This document shows positions 24,287 to 35,808 of a stretch of 51,453 nt of DNA, in pieces. Under the pieces are notes generated by a model. That model was not told the DNA's origin. It was given only the letters and a program-made list of their open reading frames with translations, and did no database searches. This DNA is from Psammoneis japonica. Its lineage: Eukaryota. Where the stretch lies: assembly GCA_008632985.1 (NCBI GenBank), contig QPGO01000035.1, positions 607,899 to 659,351 of the forward strand. The letters are read 5' to 3'. The position numbers and the translations under genes are program-made. How positions within the stretch are numbered: position 1 is the stretch's first letter; each line of letters starts with the position of its first letter.

Positions 24287-25077
24287 GGGAGGTGCAGACA
24301 ATGTGATCAGCCAAACAACACGTGCAAAAGCTGCCTGTGGCTCAGAATTGCCACAAGGAGTCCAGCCAGCTAGTTGGCAAAGGGATGCAGTGCACATGAA
24401 AGCCAAGTCAAAGGCAAGAACATTGGAAGATGATGTTGGCAGCTCTCAGTTCTCAATCTCTGTTGCTTGCAAAGTGAGAGCCCTGGCAGCCCAGCTGGAT
24501 TGAAATTTGAAACTGACGTCATTGGTGTCAAAAATCCAGTGCTTCATGACATTTGCTCGGTTGCCACAACAAGAGCACAAGAAAACCAACAAGACTGAGT
24601 GAGTTGCTGTCTGTCTTGCATGACCCTTTGTAAAGTGAAGCTGATGATTCTGATGACTCCCAGTGGCTTGTCAACCTTGTCACTTTGCCATCATCAGCTC
24701 TGGATGTGCAGCAATTGTTGTTTCTCAGTCAAGAGCAAAAAATGTTCAAACCTTGTGATGACCAGATGGACCCTGCAGACCAGCAGCGCTGTGCAGCTGA
24801 GGCTGAAAGTGTCATGATTCTCATGGTGACTACACTGCCAATGCCAAGGCCCTGGAAAATTCCAGCCAAACCCTTGTGTGCAGCTTAGAATTCCTTGCCG
24901 AGGCTGCCAATTCCCACTTTGGAAGACACGTGTTGCCACTTCCTTCCCACCACACTTGCCATGGCCGAAAATGATCCACAAGCAAAAAGGAGTCTCAAGG
25001 AGGCCAAATTTCCAGTTTTGCCTGAGGAAAAAAACCGGCAGACTGGCCAGCCAGCAGACACTCTGCTGGAGTGCTCA

Positions 25078-25297
25078 GAGCCAAGAGGGCAGGCCCAGCA
25101 CAAGGAGAGGATGCCTTGTGGGTGGCTGAGCTCTTGGAGGAGTCACCGTGCAACAGTGGCATGCAGTAGAAGGCAGGCAGACAGATGTGCGGACAACAAC
25201 GAGAGGCCACCCCAGTTTCCCTCATTGTGTTTGGCGGACTGCCAGTGATGATGGGATCAGCTGCGTCAACCCGATGTGGGCCAACAATGCTGAAAAT
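25078..25297 (+). repeat. Split direct repeat A1
   Basis: GAGCCAAGA...GGCCCAGCACAAGGAGAGGA...GGCTGAGCTCTTGGAGGAGTCAC...CCCCAGTTTCCCTCATTGT...GCTGAAAAT; matches 33439-33670. Confidence 0.9.
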
Positions 25298-25631
25298 GTT
25301 GCTTCTGCCGAGTGGCATGCCTTGCACAATTGCCCACAAGCTGCACATGGTGCCAGTTGATCCATGGATTGGCTTGACCATCTTCAGAGCCTGTGAAACC
25401 ATGATGAATCAGCCATCAACTTGAATCCGGTGATGTCCTGCAAGCCAAGTTGATTGTGCATGATGCCTGCATTGCTCTTGTTGCTTCTGAGTTGTTCTGT
25501 CAGAGTGCGAACAATGCAGTTTGGTGTTTTGTGTTGGCAGGTTGGGATTGCTCCCATTGCCACAAATGCCCCTTTGATCATGTTAGATCCAGATGGTTTT
25601 CTGCAAGCCAACTGATCAGGATTGAATTGTG

Positions 25632-25875
25632 ATCCACCTCGTTTTGTCTGATCTCACATCAGAGTGTGAGTGCATTGTCCATGCATCCCATTGCTTTCCA
25701 AGCATGTCAACCTTCCGTTGATTGGCTGCTCTGCATCTGCCTTCTTTTCTCTCAATTGTGCTGAATCCGGACAATCTCCACAAGCCGGTTAATCTGGATC
25801 ACTGCCCTGATCCACCTCGTTTCATCTGATTTCAACCTCAGAACATGAGCACATTGTCAATGCAGCCCAACATTG
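25632..25875. repeat. Internal diverged direct repeat (~60-bp core, 178-bp spacing) in the Ngaro 5' region
   Basis: GATCCACCTCGTTT..TCTGAT...CATTGTC.ATGCA.CCCA at 25632 and 25810. Confidence 0.75.
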
Positions 25876-26449
25876 TTCAGGTCCACTGCCCTGCAATTGT
25901 CAGGTTGCTCTAAAAATTGGCCTCTGTGCCATGATTCTCTCTCCTTCCTTCACCTGCCATTGCAGTCACCAGATCTCACATCCATCTCATGTGTGTTCAT
26001 GAACAGACTACATTCTGACCATTGCAATGGTTCCACATGAATCACTTTTGTGCTGTGACATGTTCTGAACACATTCTGTGTCAGAGTGTTCAAGCAAGGA
26101 TGCTCCCCCACAAACATCTCAACAAAACCACTGATGCACAAAATCTGACACAAATTTGTGCACGTCTTCAAACATGCCCCTCTGATCCAGGAATTTCTGC
26201 AAATGTTTGATTCCTGATGCACCTGGCAGATCATCTGCGCACCCCATGGTGTTTGCATGAAAAATCGTGACCACAACTTTTGGAGATTTCAAATCTCTTG
26301 GGACAGACCTTTGGCTTCCCTCCATTTTCTTTCTGTTGGTCAAAATTTCGACCTGCTCCACGTTGCTCTTGGTCTTGCAGTGCCTTGCAATTCTGATTCT
26401 GATTGTGTGAAGCAACTCCCTCTGAATTGCTCCGGTTTTCTGGCGCAAT

Positions 26450-28830
26450 TTGTGCAGCATTCTACACCAAACTTTCCATCCAAAAACTTCATTTCTCTCC
26501 CACAAAACTTTGGTTTTGCCTTTTTGCACTTACCTTTCAAGCCTTCTCTTTGTCTCCCATCCTGCCATGGCTGCCAACATCCTTGCTGCTGTTGAGCATG
26601 GCAAGAAAGCTTCTCCCATCAAGTGCTGTTCCCAGTTGGAAACACAGACTGAGTTTGCTCCTAAGCAGTCCAAGCTGGTCCTTCACTGTGACATCAACGG
26701 TGCTCTTGCCAACCATGTCTGCGGTCAATTTGATCAATTCTTGATGTTCTGCAAAGGCTGCATCATCCCTGTTCCTTTCATCAACAGTGGGAGCCAAGTC
26801 AAGTTCTTGTCAAACTCTTCTGATGCTGTCGGAGAAGTTGTCCCCATGTTGGGCACTCACCAATGTTTCCAAGGACACTTTGTGACTCCAACCCCAATCC
26901 CAACCCTTGTGCATTGTGCTGACATTGTTGTGTTCAACCTGCCTTGAGCTGAGACTCCTCCAGATGATGTCGAAGGTCCACTTCTCACGGACAGCAATCA
27001 AGATGCGGCACCTTTCAAATGTCTCCATTTCAGTGACCCCACTGCTCAGGATGATCAACCTGTCATTGCTGCTCTTCCGATGGCATTCCCTGCACCTCCA
27101 GGCTGTTCCCACCCATTGGATTTTATTCCTGGAGGAAACTGCCCTACAATGGCGGCCAATTTTCCTGCACTTGACATGTGGCAGAAAGGCATCACTCACA
27201 TCCAGCAGCATGATGCCAGCTGCTCTCTCAAGGAAGGCAGACCTCTTTTTGACCAAGCTGCGGATGGTCTCCAAGTTGTTGATGACTTTGTTGGTCTCAA
27301 CATCTGCAACTTCTGCAACAATGATTTTCAGGCAGTCGCACCTTTCTCAGACAACTGCCGTCATGTCCAAACTGCCATCAAGACATTTTTGGATGCAACC
27401 TGGCAGGTGCCAGGTGCCACAATTCCAGTGGGCCAATGGGCCAATCCCGGAAATGGTGCCCAAGCTCACGGAGCCACCACTCACACTCCCCTTGCTGTCC
27501 AAGTCAAGGCCCCTGAATCCAAGAAGAACAAGGACCTCAAGAAGAGGGCTGGTGACATTCATGCCCATTTTTTGCTCATGTTCAGTCACAAGGTAGTTGA
27601 ATCTGACACTGTTGCACTTCGAGAGCTCCAACAAGTTTTTGTTGAAGCCCTCCAAGAGTCTGGTGACACTGAATGGGCTCGCCTTGTCAACAAGATTGTT
27701 GCTGTGGCCATTGATGGTGTCAAGTCTGTGGACATCTTTGACCAAGCAGTGGCTCTTTGTCCTGCTTGCATCAACAAGGCTTTCACAGACGGAATCCATT
27801 GTTTCAAGTTTGTGGGTCAACCACTGAACACATCTGTCACTGCCTTTTTATCAAAGATCAACCTTCTGAACTTCCTCACCCCCCATGTGGACACCTCAGA
27901 ATGCATCAAGATTGCCAAGGAAGGTCAGGAGCACAGCAGCCATTCTGTGAATGCTGACTCAAAGACCACAACTGCTGAGTCAATCAAGAAGTCAACCCCA
28001 CACACTCATGGCCATGCTCAAGATTCCTTGGATGTTGTTGCAGCCTTGAGCAACTTCAGGCTTGCGTTCAGTGCTCTCATTGAGAATTTCGATGATGCTT
28101 TTGTCTGGCAACAGCCAAATTGTTGCTGTGCGGTTGCTTTTGGTGAGATTGGAAAGCAATGGATCACGAGTGATTGAAATTCTCACAAGATTGCCGCCAA
28201 TGTGCTCAATGACATTCAAACCATCATTTGCACCTTTGCTCAGCTTGGAAGCATCCCTCAGTGCCGCGAGGTGATTTGCACATCCCAAGATGTCAGTGTC
28301 AGGGCTCTGGATGTCTCTGAGCATCTCACAAACCAATCCATTCAGGATTTGGAGACCAACATTGGTCATGGTCCTCCCAGAACCTTTGGGAGCAAATGTG
28401 CACTCTGATGCCAGCTTGCCAAGAAATCCAACACTGCTCCTGCGACTGCCAAATGTGCACTGGACTCTCCTGCTTCAATCACGTCTCTGGCCAAGAAGCC
28501 AAAGTTGCCTCCAACTTTGACGGCAGACGAAATTGAAGTCTGCAAGAAGCTGGGAATGCTTGTTGTCTCTGGCAACCCTCGTCAGCCCCCTGTTGTCCCT
28601 GTTTTGGCAAAGAAGGGACCCGACTCCAACACCAAGGAATGTTTGTTTTCCTTCTTCTTGATTCGTGGGTTTGGCTGCAACCATTCCAAGTGCAAGAAGC
28701 CTCATGTGGCAAACTTGCGCAGCCTTCCGGAGTCAAAGCACAAGGAGTTGATTGACTTCGTTGAGAAGTCCAGTGCTCTTTCCTTTGCTGAAGGAAAGGG
28801 CCCCAGTGGTGCATCTTCTTTGTTTTGTCA
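26450..28830 (+). pseudogene. Ngaro ORF1 (gag-like) remnant with C-terminal Cys/His finger
   Basis: Collinear long frames 26567-26947, 27080-28177 and 28505-28830, ending in CLFSFFLIRGFGCNHSKCKKPH. Located upstream of the RT. Confidence 0.6.
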
Positions 28831-29139
28831 TCTGATGAACTGGGGCACTTGGTTTTTGATGTGCATCAGTGACTTGCATGTTTTGACATTAGTTTTCTTT
28901 GACCTTGCACCACCAGCAAAGATCATGGACTCCAGAGCTGCACACACAGGTGGCACACCCAATGCCTTTTCTTCTGCCAGTGCTGATGCATTCATGGAGG
29001 ATGACATCATCCTTCCTCTTGCGGTTGGCAATCTCAAAAATGCTTCTGCATCCCTGGGGCTGGCAGCTCAGGATGTCACTGATGCAGCTCCAGTTTTTGT
29101 CTGACAACGTTGAGGAGTTTTACCCTGTTTTACCCCCAA

Positions 29140-31680
29140 TGACAACATCAGGGCATTGTCCCGCCCCTGTTCCAACCATCAATGACTCTGTGAAAAAGGC
29201 TGAACGAAAAGCATTTGTTTGCAGCCATCTCTCTGACCATGTTCGGTCTCAGCTGGAAAATCCATTTGGCAAGGATTGCATTCATCAACTGTTTGCTTCA
29301 AAGGCCACTTTTTGCCATGTGTTGCTGCCAATTTGGAAGTCTGGTTTCTTGTCTTCTAGTGCCACTGGAGAGAGCTTGTCTGCATCCAAGGGATGTGTTG
29401 TGAACTGGGACGACCTGTGCTGCATGGCCCCAGATGTTTGGGTGTCTTTGTTGTCTCCTTCGGGATTGTCAACTTTAATTCCTTGAAGGGATGTCCTCAA
29501 GGCTGGGAAGAAGAAACGGAACCAAACAAAGACCGTGTCAACCAGACTGCAGCAGGGACATTGCACTTTGATGGCAACCTGGCATCATTGGTCAGATGGG
29601 TTGGCAGCCCGCAAGCCGGAGCACATCAGCATGTTCGTTAGATCATTTCCTTTTTGGAGGAAAAGGTGGACCCGCAGGTCATGCAAACTCTACAGTGCAT
29701 GTGTCTGGACAGGGTTCTGGCCCATTGCAATGGCCACAATGCTGAAGAGAACTTCCAGGCCCATTTTAATTGTGGGAATCATCCATCAGTTGATCTTGAC
29801 CTGGAGAAAATGCACAAGACACTGGTCAAGGACTCCAAGAGAGGCTTTGTCCTTGTTTTCGACAAGCAAATCATCCCCCACATCTTAAACTGCCACTTGT
29901 CTCCCCAGAGCCTGGTTGGCATCAACAAGTCATTCAAGAGCCCGCAAGCAGTGTCCGACAGTGCGTTCCAGCCCACTCCATCTTCCATGGCTGTCAACGA
30001 TTTTTTGTTGCTTGAATTCAAACCTTCCCATGGCAGTGCTGCCGTCAAGATGGACATTGTGTGCGGGATGCATGACACATGGATGATCTCTCATCCAACA
30101 GAAGACATCCACCCAGTGGATGATGATGCCATGGGGGTGCACAGGACAATGAAGCATCACCCGAACCTTGTGGCGATGCACACTTCTGTCCAGTGTGGGT
30201 GTGGTGTTGCTCAGACTGGCTGCAACTTTGGAGACACCCCCAACCCTCCCGACTGGGATGGGGGTTGGTCCCAGAGCCACCAGCAATTGGCCCAACATGC
30301 TTTCCACATTCTGAATGTCATCAAGATCATGCAGCCTTTTTGCCAGAATTTGAGTTCCCAGCTCCTCCTGTGGAGGATGACATCTCTTCATTTGCCCAAG
30401 CTCTGCCAGACACATTAAACCCTGGGGGTTTCCAGGGTGGCCTTTGCATCTCACCGACCTTCAAACACCATGTCATTGATGATTTGCATGTGGACGTCCA
30501 TGACATCCTGCTCTGGACAGTCTCTGCAAGTGTGCTTGCAATCCATGTTCTCCAAGGTTTTCCTTGCACAGAAGTGCCAAATGCTTTGAGCTTGGAGAAG
30601 CTCAACCTCCTCCTTTGCTGGATTTGCAAGCCACTTGGGAGGCTGCATGACACCAGGAGTTTGACTGTCAGCATGCCTGACTGCAAACATGACAAGCTTC
30701 TGGCTGTCCTTCAAGATTGGATGGGCAAGGTCAATTGCATTCTTGGGGAGGTGGCTTCTTTGTTGGGAACACTGGAGAACCACACCCAACACTTCCCTTG
30801 GGCTTGTTGCTGGTTTTTTCAACTTCAGAACAATCTTCGGGCAGATGTGATTGCCAGGCACCATGTTGCCCAGTGCGTGTTCGACAACTCTGGTCATCAT
30901 AACCAAATTTTGTTCCAACTTTCCCCAAAGCTCCTCTGCCGTCTAGAACCTCTTCTTGCTGAAGAAAAAGCCCAGCTTGTGTGCCATCTCCACATCAAAA
31001 TCACAGTTTCCATGTCACTTTGTTGGTCCTTGCAGTTTGTTTGACGATGCGTCGAGTCAACTCCCAACCCTTGGGAGGCCGAGATTGGAGCTGTCATCCT
31101 GCGTGATCCCCACTGTCAGGGGATTGGTGATGCCATCAGTCTTGGTGGTGGCGGATGCTGCCAAGAATTTCAATTTTGGTTTCTTGTGCTTTGGGGTCCT
31201 GAAATTCAAAGAGGGCTCCACCTGCGGTCGGACTCTCCGGGCTGTGTCTTGATGAACTCTCTGGAGTTCATCATTTCCATTTTGGTCCTGGCCAACATTG
31301 TTGCTTTTGTGGAGTCTGTTGATGAACCACCAGACCCTGAATTGGTCTCAGCTCTCTTCTCTTCCATGCCATCCTGGAGAACTTGGTGGTCAAGATGCGG
31401 ACCGACAATGTTGTCGGCAATGGGTGGCAAAATGGACATGTGATGAGCTCTCTCCAAGGCCAGCAACTGCTGCCAATTTGGTGTGCACTTTGCATTCGTG
31501 CTCACCTTGGCCTCAACTCTGGAGGCGTCCACTGGTCAGGCAACCAAATGCAACTGGCAGATGACATGTCTCAACTGTCTGACCCTCACTTGCCTCATTC
31601 TGTTCATGTTGCCCAGCTGTGTCAGAAATGTCCTTTCTGAGGACTTGGACCTTTTTTTCTCCCCAGTGAGAGCTGCTGCA
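29140..31680 (+). pseudogene. Ngaro reverse transcriptase / RNase H remnant
   Basis: EDIHPVDDDAMGVHRTMKHHPNLVAMH, FGDTPNPPDW, FKHHVIDDLHVD (RT). GDAISLGGGG...WFLVLW, MNSLEFII, RTDN, NQMQLADDMSQ (RNase H). Confidence 0.85.
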
Positions 31681-32863
31681 ACTGCTCTGCTCTCATCTGT
31701 TCTCCGAACTGCTGCCAGCCCCTGTGGAGACCCTGCAGTGCTTGGGACAGCTTGCACAAGATGCACCCACCATTTCAAATTCACCAAGGATGTGAAGTGG
31801 GATGTGGATGACCCGGAAATGCTTGTGGAGAAGCTCTTGGAGCATCATTGCCAACTGCAACTCACCATGCATGCCATGCATGTTGCAGAAGGGACTTCCA
31901 TTTTTTGTGAGAAACAAAAAGCCAACACCACATTTGCCTGTGCAAAGGATGTCATGTCATTCATCAAGTTGTTTGGACGCTGCCGCGACTGTTGGCATGA
32001 CCACTCTGTGGACACTGAGTTGAGAAAGTTGTTCCAAGACACAAAGAAGGAAATCCAGTGATGCAATGAAGCTCCTGAGTGTCGCAAAGGTTTTGGCTCC
32101 AAGATGCTCCAAGAATCTAAGGAGCAGGCTAACACTGTCTCTGCTTCCAACCCGGATGGGCTGCTCTGCGCCATTTCTGATTGGCACCAAGTGCGCCCAT
32201 TCTGTGGTGCCTGTCTCCAAGAGTGGGCACAGACAAAGAGCAGATCTGACCCAGCTCGTCCGGCAATTGATTCCCAAGGTGGCACCCAAACTTGGCATCT
32301 CAATGACATTGAGGTCAAAACTGACAACTGCCAATGCACCTGAGGGGCACCGACATCTTGTCAGTGCCCGTCTCTTTGATCTCCAAGATGTGGGTCATGT
32401 GGCTCACCCAAAAAAATGAGGACAACGGTGAGGAGAAACTTTTTACTCTGAACCTCCAGCAAGACAGGCTTGACTTGGTCAAACCAACACACCATGTCAT
32501 TGAGTGGTTTGTCTGCATCCATGGCACAAAGATGATGCCACTGCCCCTCTGTCCATTTACAAAAAAGCAGGTGACAAGGCAAAGCTGATCACCTCTGTGG
32601 AAATTGAGGATGACGTGCATGAAGTTGCCTCAAAAATCTGTCGCCTGGACCCTGTTGAGGATGCAGAAGCACTTTTGCACTGGTCAGCCCACTCTCTCCA
32701 TGTTGGAGATTGTGTGTTGCTCCACCAAATGAACCTTGGTGCACAGTCTGTCCAATGGCTGTTGCAATGGAGGATTTGTGGTTTGCCTCAGGAACTCTGC
32801 TCTCTTGGCAGACCACCAGTGCAGAGCTCTTGACTGCTCTGCAGCCATGCCCCACCTCTTGTA
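31680..32863 (+). pseudogene. Ngaro tyrosine recombinase remnant
   Basis: CGACLQEWAQ (catalytic Arg box, degenerate), WLTQKNEDNGE, and WSAHSLHVGDCVLLH...QWLLQWR (H-S-L-R-x-G box with R->H; LLRWxS box). Confidence 0.85.
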
Positions 32864-33216
32864 AGAAATTTTGAAAATTTCAAAATTTCTGTGACACCTC
32901 ATTTTGTGTGTGCCACATGTTGCATGTTTCATGTTCCTTTTTTCAAATTCGAACAAGTGCAATCTGGTTTGATTGTGTTGGTTTTCTCATGCTGTCACTT
33001 GCATCGGTTTTCACTGTGCCAATTTCTTTGAATGTTTTTTCTCCTGCACAGCACATTTCCCCATTTGGGGCCCATGCAATCCTGACCGTCCACCCTCTTG
33101 AGGGTGCTGACCTTCAGTTTAAATCCTGTTTTTTCTTTTTTTCTGGCTGGCCATGTTGCCTCTGATGACATGGGTGCATGCGCTCCACTTCATGCAATGC
33201 GTCAGCAGCCACATGG

Positions 33217-33336
33217 TCTGTTCACACAGTGTTGGGGAACAAAATGGATGGAACTAGATCTGCAGATTTGCTCCCTGTTTTCCAGCTGCTGTCCAGCAGC
33301 ACCACACGAATGCACATGCTCCACACATTGGACACA
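33217..33336 (+). repeat. Split direct repeat B1
   Basis: TCTGTTCAC.CAGTGTTGGGGAACAAAATGGA...CAGCAGCACCACACGAATG...GGACACA; matches 33689-33809. Confidence 0.9.
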
Positions 33337-33438
33337 TTCATGCGTTGATTGTTGCATCCATTTGGCGGCTTGCGCGCTGTGTCATGTCATCGGGGTTGCA
33401 GCTGAGCCAAGGCAGTGGCAAGGAATCTGCAATTCTTG

Positions 33439-33670
33439 GAGCCAAGACGGTGGGCCCAGCACAAGGAGAGGACACCTTTTGGGCGGCTGAGCTCTTGGAG
33501 GAGTCACTGCGCGACAGCAGCACCCTGCAGAAGGCAGACAGATGGACAACGATGAGAGGCCGCGGGCGGGCCACGCGCCCCAGTTTCCCTCATTGTTTTT
33601 GGCGGACTGCCAGCAACGATGGGATCAGTTGCATCCACCCGATGCGGTGTGGGCCGACAACGCTGAAAAT
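33439..33670 (+). repeat. Split direct repeat A2
   Basis: Direct copy of 25078-25297. Confidence 0.9.
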
Positions 33671-33688
33671 TCCCACCCAACCCAGACC

Positions 33689-33809
33689 TCTGTTCACTCA
33701 GTGTTGGGGAACAAAATGGACCGAACTGGATCTGTGGATTTGTTCCCTGTTTTCTAGCTGCTGTCTCAGCAGCACCACACGAATGTGTGTGCTCCATGCA
33801 CTGGACACA
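33689..33809 (+). repeat. Split direct repeat B2
   Basis: Direct copy of 33217-33336. Confidence 0.9.
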
Positions 33810-34109
33810 CAACACCGGCTGTCCAGCAGTTCCTCCCAGCCAGACAGAAGAAGAAGAGAAAAGGAAAAGGAAGGAAAAAATGAACATTGATGAAGGTTTG
33901 AAAGGGTGCGCTGCAGCACCGCAGTGCGTGCAGCAGTGAAGACGGACGTAGACAGGTGCAGACGCGCTGCGTCCTGATGCGTCAGGCACGTGGAATTTGG
34001 TGCGAAGTGTCGTGCGTTTGCGTGCGCAGAAGGATGTGGATCGCCAACGGCTGGAATAAAGCAGCACACCGCACAGCAGTCAGTGCAGCTCTGTCATAAC
34101 GGCGCTAGA

Positions 34110-35582
34110 ATGGCGGAGGACAACATCGTTGCGTCTGGCAAAGCAGAGGATGTAGCAGCTCCGGAAGTCATGGCAGAACTCACGGGCGCCGAAGGCGTGG
34201 CGGCAGCTGCCATGACTGCACTTGGCGCCGAGGGAAGTGCCGAGGGTGTGTCCGTCGAGTCCGAACGCGCAAGGATGTTGGAGAAGCCGGCGCAGCCCCA
34301 AACTGAAAAGAGGGAGAAAGCCATGCCGCCAGAGCCAACCTTTCAAATTTGTGGTTGGAATGAAGCACAGCAGCTGGGTTGCACCGCCGAGCAGCTCCCC
34401 AAGGCCGGTTGCAAGATCGAGTTGGTGGGTGATCAGGCCACCTTTGTGAAACCGGAGGTCCTGCCTTTTTGCAGCGGCAAAAGCGAGGAGGCAGCCAAGC
34501 CCGCGGCCAAAGTGGTCGTGAAAGCAACGGCGGAAGAGGAAGAAGAAGGAAAGCAATTTCCGGACCCCAACGATCCGTCATTCGACTTGTGGGACTGGGT
34601 GTTGCGGCACAAAAAATCCGACAATTTCCAGGAGTCCATGTGCCTGATGAAGGATGCGCCGAATGATCCCGACCTCTGGTTCCCCGCGCTGGGAGAACTG
34701 GGGTGCATCAGGAGCGACCCTGAAGCCGTCGCGAATGCTCACGGCGAACACTGCAAGTGGGTGTGGAGGGGCCGCACGGAAGTCGGCGAGAGGGGCATCC
34801 CAGACTCGACGCCGAAGAGCAACAAAGTGTTCAAGACCGCCGTCGAGGCTTTCGAAGCGGGGTGGTCGCTCGCACTGGTCTACCTCGTGAAGAGAGTAAG
34901 TGCAGAAGTGTGCACATTTGGATGAGGCGCCATGTCACTTCAACCTGCATTGTTTTGCCTCAAAAAGTCCGTTCGCTGTGCAGGCCCCAAGGAGGTGGAG
35001 GTGGGCGAGCCACGTGTGTCGCAACGGAGGGGCGCAGGCATTGGTTTTTTTGCTTTGCGCCAGTTCCAGAAAGGCAGCACGGTTGGAATCTACGTGGGCC
35101 CCAGGGTGCCCGGTACGACGAGGAGCCATTCGTGGCATGACCACGACAGCAAGTTTGGAGAAGACCACAGCGTGTGCTGCTCCACCATCCGTGACAGCGA
35201 GGGCCACTGCGTCACAGTGGAGCCAAAACCGCTTGATTTTAGCGGTCCAGGGAACAAGAATTCCCATCCACTCTACCTCGGAATGCACTGCGTGAACGAT
35301 GCCACCGAGTCGTTCAAGGACAAGAAGAAGATCAAGGCAAGCCAACACGCAGACAACAACTGCGAGTTCTGCAACGACGGGTGCTTGGTGGTCACGAAGC
35401 GAATCATGCCCGGGGAGGAATTTCTCTCCAGACACAACTTGGACGAATCGGAGAAGAAGAAGAAGAAGAGGAAGGCGACGTCGGGTGCCATGAATCGGAA
35501 GAAGAAATCGTGTCTACTCCCCAAGTTGGGGGGGAGAAGCTCTGCGTCTGGCAAAACGTTTGCCGTGCAGTGTGCTCTGTAA
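34110..35582 (+). CDS. SET-domain protein (two exons 34110-34895 and 34968-35582), TpA-mutated and probably inactivated
   Basis: Removing a 72-nt GTAAGT...AAAG intron (34896-34967) joins YLVKR|SVR in frame. SET motifs: GAGIGFFALRQFQKGSTVGIYVG, YLGMHCVND, NCEF.NDG.LVVTKRIMPGEEFLSRHN, where the terminal Tyr position is now His. A basic NLS-like tail follows. Confidence 0.8.
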
Positions 35583-35680
35583 ATTAGTGGCACAGTGTGT
35601 TGGTGTTTTTCAGCGAAACTGTGGCATTAGTTGGAAAGGCGCAGCCCCAGTTGTGGTTCGAAAAATGGGAACGAGGAAGA

Positions 35681-35808
35681 ACAGAAAGTCAGCAAATTTG
35701 CGCAAATCTGGCAAATTGGCAGGCACCTGCACAGTCGCCTGAGTACAGAAAGTCAGCAAATTTACGCAAATTTAGCAAGTTATTTTTGCACTGTCACAGT
35801 CGCCTGAG
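35681..35808. repeat. Two tandem ~64-bp copies between the convergent SET and TET/JBP-like genes
   Basis: ACAGAAAGTCAGCAAATTT(G/A)CGCAAAT...CACAGTCGCCTGAG at 35681 and 35745. Confidence 0.9.

Larger units (their letters stand above)
25078..33809 (+). mobile_element. Ngaro/PAT-type tyrosine-recombinase (DIRS order) retrotransposon with split direct repeats; full-length but degenerate
   Basis: Architecture A1(25078-25297) - gag-like - RT/RH - YR - B1(33217-33336) - A2(33439-33670) - B2(33689-33809). Confidence 0.9.

Noticed and set aside
540..33800. Alternative genetic code or TGA read-through in TE ORFs
   Set aside because: The in-frame TGAs fit CGA->TGA decay and co-occur with frameshifts. 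The host-like genes translate normally and end in TGA.
34896..34983. Alternative SET intron ending at TGCAG (34983)
   Set aside because: It puts exon 2 out of the SET frame, whereas the acceptor at 34967 keeps the frame.
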